The notes beneath the pieces were generated by a model. It was not told where the DNA came from, did not search any database, and saw only the letters and a program-made list of their open reading frames with translations. From Podarcis vaucheri (Eukaryota), in NCBI GenBank assembly GCA_965113315.1, contig OZ220379.1: a stretch of 64,000 bases of DNA; one strand, written 5' to 3'. Shown here one piece after another: positions 34,812-46,594 of the stretch; position 1 is the first letter of the stretch; each line of letters starts with the position of its first letter. The translations under genes were made by a program, and so were the position numbers.

Positions 34812-35360
34812 CAGTGGTACCTTGGTTCTCAAACTTAATCCGTTCCGGAAGTCCGTTCCAAAACCAAAGCGTTCCAAAACCAAGGTGCGCTTTTCCATAG
34901 AAAGTGATACAAAACAGATTAATCTGTTCCAAACTTTTAAAAACAACCCCTAAAACAACAATTTAACATAAATTTTACTATCTAATGAGACCATTGCTCA
35001 ATAAAATGAAAGCAATAAACTTTCACACACACAATCAATCAATCGGTAGCTGAACTGGGTTCCACACAGTCACACACAAAAAAGCCACATAAACGCAAAA
35101 TAAATAGCAAAAACAGACAGACCTCAGTGTCACACTCAAAACAGAGGTGTGGCACTCAAATCAGAAGCGTAACACTCAAATTGTCAGTGTCACACTCAAA
35201 ACTGAATTGTAGCACTCAAAACGGAAGTGTAACAACCAAAACGGAGCATGTCCAGCTTCCAAAAAAGAGTTCACAAACTGGAACAATTACTTCTGGGTTT
35301 GCAGTGTTTGGGTTCCAAGTTGTTTGAGTACCAAGGCATTTGAGAACCAAGGTACCACTG
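34812..35360. mobile_element. pogo/Tigger-type MITE, family C
   Basis: Perfect 22-bp TIR CAGTGGTACCTTGGTTCTCAAA, TA TSD, internal ~20-bp tandem CACTCAAAA units at ~35125-35245. Confidence 0.92.
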
Positions 35361-36967
35361 TACCTTGCTGAGATGCTTGTCATTTCTCAGACTTTGGGGT
35401 AGGAAGGCTATAGAAGCAGATGGAAGTTTAAGGAGCTGGGTGGCAGATGGTTTTTTGGCGCAATGAAGTCTGTGGCTGTTTGATTTTCCAGCTACAGCTT
35501 TAAAAGTCTGGAGGGAGTGTGAAACGTTGATCCCAGGTACGCTTGGGCGGGGGTGGGCGAGTGAGGTCTGCTAGACTGACAGTATTCAGGCTGATTAAAG
35601 ATCATATCAGTTTAAAAGCATTTGCATGAATCTTCATTATTACCCCAATAAACCATTAGTTTGCATTTTAAATAACTCTTGGCTGCATTTATTGTTACAG
35701 GGATATTGCTGCTGAGTGCTGCAGTGGGTATGCAAAATTAGTAGCTGAGTCTTTAAATGTTCAAGATATGAAAAGTTAGGCTTGCACCCTAAAAGGTGGG
35801 CTAGAAATCCAATAAATAATAACAAATAAGTTTATGCAGATTCACTTTTCTTGAGTGGTGTATTTTGTGTATTTGTTTTGACTCAGTTCTTGGTCAATGA
35901 ATAAGTCAATGCCATTGGAGCAATCTGTAAAATGGGTAAAAAAAACTTTTAGCCTCTCTAGAAAATGTTCAGTTCCTTGGTTTAGACTATATAAATATGC
36001 ACATTGCATGTTACGTGTTTTGCGCCTTGATAGGTAATTGTTTAAAATGAGTTGTTATCTCTACATCTATTTCCAATTGCTGGTTTGTGATAGTGGCACA
36101 TGGTAGGTTGATGCTGGTGGCACCATTGTCTCTGGGATCTTTCTTCTCGAGTTAGAATTTCACTCCTAGTTGATCCTGTAATCTATAAATGGATTTTATA
36201 GATCAAATCAGTCATCTGATAACTTTCCCTGGAATTCCTGCTGAGTCATCAGTTATCGCAGTGTAGACCTTCAAGAACTCACTTCCAATTTGCTTACAAT
36301 CATGTTCAAAGTTGTGGATCAGAGACTGCGGTGAACTGAAAGCCTGGCAAGATCAGAGGATTTTGACTCCCAGCCATTCAACCCATTAGTTTAAAACCCA
36401 GAATAATACTTGACAGGGGAGCTACAGCCAACCCTGGCTCTCTGGTGATTATGATTATATCTAGCTGTGCTTTTCCAAATGCATGCTTGTCTTATTCATA
36501 TATTATTTTTAGATTTACTTCTGGAGAGCAAAGTGTGAAGGAAGGGCCTTCATCTCCCTTAACCCAAAATAAGTAATGATTATAGACAGTAGCAGAGATA
36601 TCTCTGGAGAGTGCAGTTCAGAGTTTGCAAAGAGAAACACACTTATCTGTGAGTGATTCAAGATTAGGCTTTCCGGGTAATCATGCCTATGACTTTAAGA
36701 GGTCCAAGGCAACTGCAGCTATTACACCTACCACTTATTCCTCTGCCAACTCATTCACCATTCGCCCTCTTCAGTAAGCTAATCTCTATCTTTCAGCAGG
36801 CTAGGAAGGAGGGGTGGGAGAAGGGACCAATAGGGCCAAAAGGAGGGAAGGCAGAACAGTTGCATCGCCTCTTCTTGCTTCAAGTCTTTTAAATACACAG
36901 ACACGATCTCCATATGCTTGCATGGGGCACATCCACACCATTTAAAGCATTATCAGGCTACTTCAAA

Positions 36968-37299
36968 GGGACGCGGGTAGTGCTGTGGGTTAAACCACAG
37001 AGCCTAGGACTTGCTGATCAGAAGGTCAGTGGTTCGAATCCCTGCGACGGGGTGAGCTCCCGTTGCTTTGTCCCAGCTCCTGCCAACCTAGCAGTTCGAA
37101 AGCGCATCAAAGTGCAAGTAGATAAATAGGTACCACTCCGGCGGGAAGGTAAACGCCAGAAGCAGCTTAGTCATGCTGGCCACATGACCCGGAAGCTGTA
37201 TGCCGGCTCCCTCAGCCAATAAAGCGAGATGAGCGCCGCAACCCCAGAGTCAGCCACGACTAGACCTAACGGTCAGGGGTCCCTTTACCTTTACCTTTT
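36968..37299 (+). mobile_element. Sauria (Squam1) SINE with a short internal deletion
   Basis: 13-bp TSD AGGCTACTTCAAA at 36955-36967 and 37300-37312; GGTAAAC joins directly to GCCAGAAG, lacking the segment present in the 16902 copy. Confidence 0.95.
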
Positions 37300-37403
37300 A
37301 GGCTACTTCAAACAGCCATGGCTTCCCTCAAAGACTTACAGGAGCTGTGGTTTGTTAAGGCTTCTGAGTTGCACAAACTATGGAACAACTATGCTACTTT
37401 AAA

Positions 37404-37817
37404 TGGCTGCCGAGACCATAAAACACCGTCCTGAAAGACCTTCATTGTCTCCCAGTACGTTTCCGAGCACAATTCAAAGTGTTGGTGCTGACCTTTAAAG
37501 CCCTAAATGGCCTCAGCCCTGTATACCTGAAGTAGTGTCTCCACCCCCATCGTCCATCCCGGACACCAGGGTCCAGCTCCAAGGGCCTTCTGGCAGTTCC
37601 CTCACTGCGAGAAGTGAGGTTACAGGGAACCAGGCAGAGGGCCTTCTCGGTAGTGGCGCCCGCCCTGTGGAATGCTATCTGAGTTTTAGAAGACATCTGA
37701 AGGCAGCCCTGTTTAGGGAAGTTTTTAATATTTGATGTTTTATTGTGTTTTTAATATTCTGTTGGGAGCCACCCAGAATGGCTGGGGAGGCCCGGTCAGA
37801 TGGGCAGAGTATAAGAA

Positions 37818-37851
<34 letters not shown>
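37404..37851 (+). mobile_element. L2 LINE 3' fragment
   Basis: Encodes decayed ..LPVRFRAQFKVLVLTFKALNGL.., stem-loop terminus and (TTA)n tail. Confidence 0.88.
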
Positions 37852-37853
<2 letters not shown>

Positions 37854-37972
37854 CATACAGCCTCTGTCCCTAACAACTAAAAAGGGTAGAGTTTCTGAAT
37901 TAGACTCTTAGGACACTTGCCTTCTGAATTGCACCAATATCATAGCTGTTACTCCAGCAGGATCTACAATGT

Positions 37973-38093
37973 CAGGAATGGAGATGTTATGGCCCTCCAC
38001 ATGTTCCTGAACTAAAACTCCCATCATCCCTTGTCTTTGGCCATGCTGGCTGGGCTTGATGGGAGTTGAAGGGCCACAGGTTCCTCATATCTG
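37973..38093. mobile_element. Short palindromic hAT-like MITE
   Basis: AACTCCCATCA...TGATGGGAGTT internal inverted repeat; further decayed copies at ~39000-39090, ~57526-57640 and ~59810-59905. Confidence 0.55.
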
Positions 38094-40350
38094 TGATATA
38101 AATCCCCCAGAACCAGAGAGATCTGATTGACCACCTAGCTTTCATCCAATGCAGCTGATGGGACATGTTGAAGACAATCTTGGAGAAGTATTCAAGATCT
38201 TGCTTTCAGCAACTTGGCTTGTGGGATTTGCAGGACTCCCCTGTTCGTTTTTCTCCAACTCAGATCACCCTGGTTAGATCAGGGAGAGGTTGGTTCAACT
38301 GTTCCTACAAGGACATACCTTCAAGACAGTGCCCTGAGAAACGTAACCCGTCATGATCAGAGCAAGTAACACAGAACCAGAAGACAGCCTGTGCCATACG
38401 GCAGCAGAATTATTCTCTGCTGTGATATGCCTAACATTCTTTGCCTTCATTTCTGAGCGCATACTTCTGTTTCCCTTAGAGGCAACTGTTGTTCAGAAGA
38501 GAGCATACGCCAACTAGCAATGTTTTGGAATGCATTATTATTTTATTGGGGTGTACATTAATTAATCCTGAAATCAGATCCTGTGTGACACTCAAAGTTG
38601 TGTTGAGTAGCACAGAGTTTAAATATTTTAGCTTTACAACTCTGTTATGCTGGCAGCAAACAATAGTGTCTCAGTGAAGTCAGCATATGAACTCTGCTTG
38701 TGATGACATCTGGAAGGCTTGTTTTATCTATAAGCACAGTTGTAGACAAATGAAAGCAGACAGATGTAAGGATGGTGTGGCATCTTTGCCTCAAGCACTC
38801 TCTGGCTGTACATTTTCCAGTGTGTCAAGAACAGGGAGACCCCCCCCCTCTTTTTTTTTTTTTGGAATAAAAATATCTACTCGCATCTGTACACCAGCTA
38901 TCATGCTGCCTTCTCAGTTCTCCAAGGTATGAAATGGCACACATCGTTCAAATTTTTAACACGAGGCCCATTTCAAAACACTGAATATTACCTGGGCTGT
39001 TCAGCTGCAGGACCACAAAAGTACAGCTGCCATCCCTGACCACTGGCCACACTGGCTGGGGCTGATGTTCAGCAACATCTGGAGGGTCACAGAACACCCA
39101 CCCACCCATTTTAGAGGCCAGATCTGGCCCAACAGCACTTTTGGAATTTTTATAGTACAGGTACAACAATTGCCAGTTAACATTTTAATTTAAACAGGGG
39201 GGGGAAATCACATTGAGCTTTTACCAGTTAGAAATTAGAGGGGGGGAGAAGGCATTGATAGAAACAGGTTTGAAGTGATTCGAATTGGGGGGTGAAAACT
39301 GTGCTGTAAGACAATTAGACCCGTCTTTGATAATATTTTATTCTATCTGATTTCCTCCTGTGAACAGAGGCTAGCTTTTCCGTAGCATTGCTTTGTGGCT
39401 GCTTAGGAAGCATCAGTGGAAGAGCTAGTGAAACTTGCAGGAGTTTTTTTAGTAACAGAGAGAATCATTATGCTATTAACCTGGGAAATGTGCCCTTGTC
39501 CATTTCCTGTTGTGTCCCCGCCGCCCTACCATCAATCCATATAGAGTGCTTGGTCTTCAGAGCCCATGGGCCCAGGATAAGTGCCTCTGTGTATAGGAAA
39601 TGGCACTTTTTTGTTTTACATGCTGTTATCGTGGGCCAGGGGAAGCGAGTGTGTAATCGCATCTCTACAGCAAATAACCATTTGTACCTGCGAGGAGCAA
39701 ATGGGCCCACTCAAATGGATGGATCAGGCTTTAATAGCACTTGAGTGAGCTGAGAGACGGACGTAGATGTACCTGTTACACCAGAGACCCAAGGCCCTTG
39801 TACCTTTGCATGACTTTTCACTTAAAAACTACTGTATGTGGTTCAGTGACTCCATCGCTCTATTTGTGTTCCTTTCCTTGTAAGACCTTCAGCTGCTCCT
39901 CAGAGTTTCAGTGTCTGAAATTTTAATGCTGTAATGTTGACCCCTTGGAAATGTTCCTGTATTGGAAAGCACATTAGCCTTAACTTGAAGCATGTAGTTT
40001 AACAGCCAGCAGTAAATATTTTACCTTGTTCCTTCTGAGCTGGCTTTTTCTGGCATTTGAAGAAGAAAAAACACATCCTGAAAACCAGACCTGAGATAGC
40101 AAATCCCATAAACTGTATGTAGGACAAGTGGTACTGCTATTTTTTTGCCTTGTTTCCATTGCTCACTTTTAAGCAATAAAACACAGGAGGGATTGCAAAA
40201 ATTAAGGAACGGGTTCCTTAAATCTGCCCAGAGCTGATTTTCGCAGCATCTTCAGCGAATGCACCTTGCTAATTCTCATCTTGTTCAGAAAACTAGGAAG
40301 GGAAAGTAACTGTACATGGTGCCAGTTCATGATAAGCAAAAAATATAGAG

Positions 40351-40609
40351 AGGTAAGGTAAGGTCATGTGGCCAGAATGACTAAGCCACTTCTGGCGAAA
40401 CCAGAGCTGCGCACAGAAACACTGTTTACCTTCTTGCCGGGGTGGTACCTATTTATCTACTTGCACTTTGATGTGCTTTCGAATTGCTAGGTTGGCAGGA
40501 GCTGGGACAAAGCAACGGGAGCTCACCCCGTCGTGCGGATTCGAACCTCCAACCTTCAGATCGGCAAGCCTAAAGGGCTAAGTAGTTTAGACCACAGCGC
40601 CACTTGCGT
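40351..40609 (-). mobile_element. Sauria (Squam1) SINE lacking its 3' segment
   Basis: Intact 5' part (B-box GGTTCGAATCC) and body up to CACATGACC, then directly a (TTACC)n tail. Confidence 0.88.
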
Positions 40610-43510
40610 TTATCATTTACAGGACCTACTGCTCAGTGATAAGAGCAGAACGTACCAATGTTCTGTGCATTTTGTTTTTACTGTATTAGGAAAAGAGTAG
40701 AACAGCGTGCAGTAAATTTTGCACAGAATAAGTGCTTAATGAATGCAATTCTTATTGGATTAGTGGGGCTCGTCATTACGCAGGATACACGAACACCTAA
40801 TAGTATAAATGGATTGAGAAAAGCTTAGATGGGCTGTGGTGTCTGCCTTTATGCAGCCTTATTTTGCAAAGCTGTTACAACACCAAAACGTTTGGGTCTG
40901 CCATCACCATGATGCTGCTTTACAGAGTACAACCTCCAAATTTGGCATTATCTGGAGTTTCCCGTTATGAAGTGTGTGTCTACCTTGCTCTCTGTACTGA
41001 ATTTCTTTAAACTACATTGAAAACAGAATGTGTACATCTTGACTGAACAATGTACAGAATCCCCTATTATGCTATCTATCTGTGTATCTTCGCCATACCT
41101 TGATGTGAATGTGCACAATTGCTTTTGGTTATGTTGATTCTCTCCTGAATTTGCATTAATGTCATCATATCGTGGCACATGGGAACTGGCTAGAGATCTT
41201 GAAATATTTCACATAGCAAGGCGAGTAATACAAGCATTTATTTTAGTACAGGAGTATAAACTCATTAATAACTTTCCCATTAAACCGTGGCATGTTTGTA
41301 TTTTCCAGTGCACAGGGGACAAAAGCATCTCATTGTCACTGGTATTATCCTGGTGATGCCTTGATGTTCAGTGCAATAAATTAATATGATGGAAAGCCCA
41401 TTTATTTCATCTTGATCAGACAGAGCCATGCTCAGAGCTACATAGCATGTTAGTGCCATCTAATACCCTTCATAGACTTAATTTACATCTTGGACTTCCT
41501 TGTTAATAAGTGTCTGTACATTAAATGATCTGTGCTTACTACATTGAACATTCCTTTAATCTCATAATGCTACTACTAAAGATGTTCTCAAGCTGGAGAA
41601 TCTGTGCGTAAGGAAGAATTTCCTCTGAAGAATAAAATTGGCAGTTAAAAAAAAATCTACTATTAAAAATAGAATCTGGCTACCTTGCTGATGAAGCCCA
41701 GTCTTCTGTTGGTCATGGAAGTCCAAAACAAAAGGAAGGCACTAGATTTAACTGGGCTGTTTCATTAAAAATAAGTTCCATGAAGGAAAACCAGCATGTA
41801 GATTATTGTGCATGTGTGTGGTTTTTTCCTGCATGACACTTTTTGGGCAAAGCCAAGTAGGATTAACTGCCCAGTTGCAGTTTCTCAGAATATAGAGGCT
41901 GCATTTGGATTATCATGCCTCAGTAGTATAATATATCACTAATAGGAACAAACCTTTTGCAGCCCCTTTGCCCCTGCCTTTGCCTGCTATGCAATTAAGC
42001 TTCTAATTAACCATAGTTTCCCATTTGGCCCAAACTGGGAAACTATGGCTACCAGATTTGGGGCAAGGCATGGCTTGAAGGTGCTTTACTACAGGAAGAG
42101 TAAAGAGGTTGCATGCACAGAGAAAGGTTTATTCATATCTCAGTTTGTTGAACCAAGAGCATCCAAAACCATCTCATTCAGGGCATGCGCCATAAAAGTC
42201 CATATGCATGATAATGAAATATAACCCTATGTGCAGGATTCCTGCCTTCCCTTTAGGAGTTTCCAGTATGAAGTGTCTCCAGCTCATGTTGTATCTGTTG
42301 CACCAATTTTCTTTTAAAGCCAAAGTTTTTAGCCCTGACCGTGCTTACTGGGGAATAAGACCCAATGAAATTAAGTGTCTGATATTCTTAGGATTTGTTG
42401 TTGGTTTTTTAAAATATTTTTTATTAACAGGCCAAATCTCATTAGTTCCAAATCACATTAGTTCCAAATTATACAGCCAGATTTTTAAATTTTGTTGGGG
42501 GTACCCATACTTCAAGCTCCGAACAGGGGTCCAAGCATCACTTATATTGCTGCTTTAATTAGACAGTTCTATCCAGTTCTGTCCAGTTAGTCTCTTTATT
42601 ACTTTCTTCATCTTCTTGTTGTTATCATATATTCCTTTCTTTGCGATCTCTGATAATCTTCACAAGCGGGTTGGGAACAAACATCCTCTGTGAGGGTTTT
42701 ACACTCTCCAAAGATCATATCACTTAGGGACAGCCGCCATTCCACACTTCCGTAAAGAATTTATCTTCGGTCTGTCCTTTAATTTTCCCAGGCTTGTCAA
42801 GTATATCAGGAGGACTCTGCTAGGTTTAGATCACATTCCAATCATCATTCACATTCCAGTGATCCTGGTCCTCCTCCCCCCGTCTTTCTTAGACAAGCCT
42901 GTCTTAGCGAGACACCATTTAAAACTACGTCATAAAACTTTACTCCGTTCTCCATTGTTTACCAATCATCTCTTTGATATAATTCACTCCACACAGTTCT
43001 TGAATTCCTGCTTGTGATTAATAAAATGCAATGATCTTCTTTCTGGGGTGGAGGGTTATTAATACTCACATAAGGCAAAGAAAAGAAAAGTTTTTTCCTC
43101 CACCCCCCTTCCGTTTCACTCCAAACATACCAGTCTCTTAATGGGATTCATCACTTGATTTATTTGTCCTGTCCGTTGCTCCGGTCACAGAGATCCATTA
43201 ATCAGCAGTCTTATCTCCCCGAACTTCACTTGATGTATGTGCTTTAGCTTCTTTCCAATTATATATTTCCAATTATATTTTCGAGCTAAAGCGAACCAGC
43301 ACGCGCTGATTGGAGACAGCGTCAGGAAGAGCCAACTTCACCGAGGGCTTGTGCCAAGTGACCGGCCACCCCCTTCTTTCGAATCCGGGGGTGCATTATG
43401 GACACTGCTGGCAAGGCAGTTCCCCCCATCTCCTTAGGGGGGGTGGGAAGGCTGCATACTTCCCATAGCAGCCTCTTAATTACCTCGTGTGGGTCAGAGA
43501 GATGTTATTG

Positions 43511-43521
43511 TCGGCCATCTT
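43511..43521 (-). promoter_or_regulatory. YY1-like motif (L1 internal promoter type)
   Basis: AAGATGGCCGA, the same string as the YY1 site near the 5' end of human L1. Confidence 0.6.
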
Positions 43522-43526
43522 CCAAT

Positions 43527-43542
43527 GCGCCACCTGGTGGCC
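43527..43542 (-). promoter_or_regulatory. CTCF-like motif
   Basis: GGCCACCAGGTGGCGC closely matches the CTCF core consensus; motif match only. Confidence 0.6.
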
Positions 43543-44101
43543 CCCTGATATTCTTAGGATTTGAATGTAAACCAATTGTTCTTCTCTCCTTCCCAGGCTG
43601 TATATGGGCCAGCTCACTTTACTGGGTCAGCTAGAGCTCTGCCTGATTCTATTATGATTGGAGGGGAGTTGAGAGGGATGCTGTATGTGGCAGGGCTGCT
43701 GATTAGAGATTTACTGCTGGTAAATGAGCCATCATAGCTGCTAGAGGGTCGTGTCATGGGCTTTTTAGAAACCAAAGAGTTCTATCTGAAACCAAAGGGG
43801 TGCATTGATTGCCAGATCTGATTTTCCCCTCAGCTCTCCTACCCTACCAGAAGCCTTTCCCAGCCCTGCTGTCTGAGATTCTTTTCAACCAAGCTGTTTG
43901 ATATTTAACTTGGATCTTAAGCATGCTTTGTTACATCTGCATCCACTACCATAGTGCTAAAGTTGACCGTGGACCCTTCCCATAGAAGATGGAAGCTGGT
44001 AGGCTCCTACTCCCTCGTCTTCTTCTGAATATTGAAAAAATCAGGTGTGAAACCATCTGAGTGGTATGGTAGGCCCCTGCTTCTGCTTTATACTGTACAC
44101 T

Positions 44102-44456
44102 TGTCGTTTAGTCGTGTCCGACTCTTCGTGACCCCATAGACCAGAGCACACCAGGCACTTCTGTCTTCCACTGCCTCCCGCAGTTTGGTCAAACTCATGC
44201 TGGTAGCTTCGAGAACACTATCCAACCATCTCGTCCTCTGTCGTCCCCGTCTCCTTGTGTATCTTTCCCAACATCAGGGTCTTTTCCAGGGAGTCTTCTC
44301 TTCTCATGAGGTGGCCAAAGTATTGGAGCCTCAGCTTCACAATCTGTCCTTCCAGCGAGCACTCAGGGCTGATTTCCTTAAGAATGGATAGGTTTGATCT
44401 TCTTGCAGTCCATGGGACTCTCAAGAGTCTCCTCCACCACCATAATTCAAAAGCAT
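44102..44456 (-). mobile_element. BovB (RTE clade) LINE 3' fragment
   Basis: RVPWTARRSNLSILKEISPECSLEGQIVKLRLQYFGHLMRREDSLEKTLMLGKI and terminus GGGGTCACGAAGAGTCGGACACGACT; TSD CTGTACACT (44093-44101, 44457-44465). Confidence 0.93.
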
Positions 44457-44465
44457 CTGTACACT

Positions 44466-44622
44466 AACCTTCCTCAACTGTACACTAACCTTCCTCAACT
44501 GGGAATCTTCTGGATGTTTTAGACTACAGATTCCATCAGCCCTGACCAGCCTAGACCAATGGTCAGGCATGATGGGAGTTCTTATCCAAAACATCTTCAG
44601 GGCACCAAATTGGAGGATGCTG
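44466..44622. mobile_element. Short palindromic hAT-like MITE
   Basis: GATGTTTT...CCTGACCA...TGGTCAGG...AAAACATC nested inverted repeats. Confidence 0.55.
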
Positions 44623-46339
44623 GTGTCCAGTATAAATTTGAATGCAGTTATCAGCCCTCAACTTCCACCATATTTGGGTATTCTGTTTGTGTTTCTGTAG
44701 GCATGATGCCCTCCTCCTTCAAAGAGGTACAAAAGAAGCTGGAATTAAGAGAATAAAAGAAATCACTGTTCAGTACAGGGGTTCAGCAGACTGGCATGGT
44801 GTAGCAGTGAAGACAGCAGTCCTATACTGACTTAACATGGAGCATTGAACTTACTTCTGAGTAAACATACAGAAAACTACACTATAAGAGTGTGATGTGT
44901 GGAGTCTCTTGTTTATACCACACCTCAACCATAAACTTACTTGAAGAACCTTAAGTCAAGCCATTCTCAGACTGTTGGCAATAATACTGACGGGATTGTT
45001 ATAAAGGGATAATATATGCAAAGTGTATTGGATCTTTAAGAAAAATGCTCTATAAATATTATCTCTGCAAGTTGAGCATAAATTTAAGAGGCCAGGAGAT
45101 AACTAGGAAAGGAAGGAAGAAGAGGAATTCATTTCTGCCCTATGTTGAGCTGGTATTGTTTTAACCTGCATGACAAAATTCTAACTTGATCATAACTTAG
45201 GTCTGAGCTGTTAGTGTGTGATTGACATGACAGACTGTCTCTTTTCTGCCTTTGCTATCACCCAGGTAGTTAGTACTTCAGATAATCTGACACTCAGATC
45301 AGAGCAGCTTTCCACATGGAAGAATGGCACTAAGGAGAGGCAGCTGCCAACTCCAGTCCTGTGCCATAACTGCTCATTTCTCAAAAGTACTTCCCCAGAT
45401 GGTCAGGGATAAAAGAAGAGCAGTCATCTAGAACGAACATTGGACAATTCCTTGTGTACTAATAATTGTATTTAGTTGAAGTGTATGCTTGCTCAATTTA
45501 ACTTTCCTTAGTGGTTTACTTTTTGTGGATGTTTATTAGTCACAGTGGCAGCCAAGATGAAGGGGGCATCATAGGACTCCAATATGTGTTGATCCTTTTG
45601 GGTTTCCTTAATTTATTTTATATAGTACATTTGGCAGAAGACAATGTCAGTGACTGCTACACTTGGCATACTCACTTTGAATTCATATTAAATATTGAAA
45701 GATTGTGACAAACTTCAAATAGGAAGATCTCTCGAATGTCTGATCTTCATGTCCAGTGAAAACATGTGGCCTTGACCTCTTGGAACTGCAATGTTCCAGA
45801 ATGCAAATAAGCGATAACTTGTTTGATTGCTCCATCACATCAAAAGCATATTTCCCATGGAAAGTTAGCATATGAGGAGAGGAGAATCCTTTGGCCTAGA
45901 CTCTGACATGTCTTCTTCTATGTTCTAGGAAGCCTTTGAAAGGGTGGGAGGACAAGAATATGATCCCTTCCAACATTTTGGCATGGTGCAAACTCCGTAA
46001 GGCTGAATTATCACGTGTTTTTTCTGAAAGCATTGATTATCTGTTAGTTGTGGTTTTAGATGCACAATCCAAAGCTCTGTTTTGGGTTTCCATTCTTTGC
46101 TATAAAGGAGGGTATGCCATGCATCTGTGTAGATGCTCCAGGCATTGGAAAGAAGCGTGAACAAAAATTGACAAATGTAGCTCTTCTTTCTTGCAAAAAC
46201 CAAAAACCAGCTAATAAAGATAACACAAGACAACTAGCATTGTGACCTTTACTGACTAAACAAAGTAATAAAAGGGATATAATTTAAAAGATTCGTGATC
46301 CCTGTATCATTTCAGCCACCTTTTTTATTTCAGCACTAT

Positions 46340-46594
46340 CCATGCTTTCCTTTAACTATACAGCTCAAGGAGCTTCGCAAATGGTGGTAGATTCACCCCA
46401 CTTGGATTGCTGTATTTGATGGGTTTAAAAATTCATGGAGAATGGTCTATCAGTGGTTGTTAACCAAACTGAAACTCCATTTTTATTATTAGAAGAGAAA
46501 ATGTTGAGCTGGTGAGCTTCCCAGAGGCACCTGACTACTGGAAACAGAATACTAGACTACATGGACCTCAAGAGCTGAACTCTTATGTTCTTAT
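46340..46594 (+). mobile_element. Old CR1 (L3-like) 3' end
   Basis: Decayed AAATTCATGGAG..TCTATCAGTGG, CAGAATACTAGACTACATGGACC and terminal TCTTATGTTCTTA. Confidence 0.55.

Larger units (their letters stand above)
42398..43544 (-). mobile_element. Complete non-autonomous L1-like retroelement (~1.15 kb)
   Basis: 19-bp TSD CTGATATTCTTAGGATTTG at 42379-42397 and 43545-43563; minus strand starts GGGG..AAGATGGCCGA and ends AATAAA plus an A-rich tail. Confidence 0.8.

Noticed and set aside
44701-44830. Possible coding exon after gtttctgtag (HDALLLQRGTKEAG...)
   Set aside because: No good donor site, no recognisable protein, and the 3' part overlaps a MITE relic.
45266-45401. Possible coding exon VVSTSDNLTLRSEQ...
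   Set aside because: Acceptor-like tract present, but weak donor and no recognisable homology.
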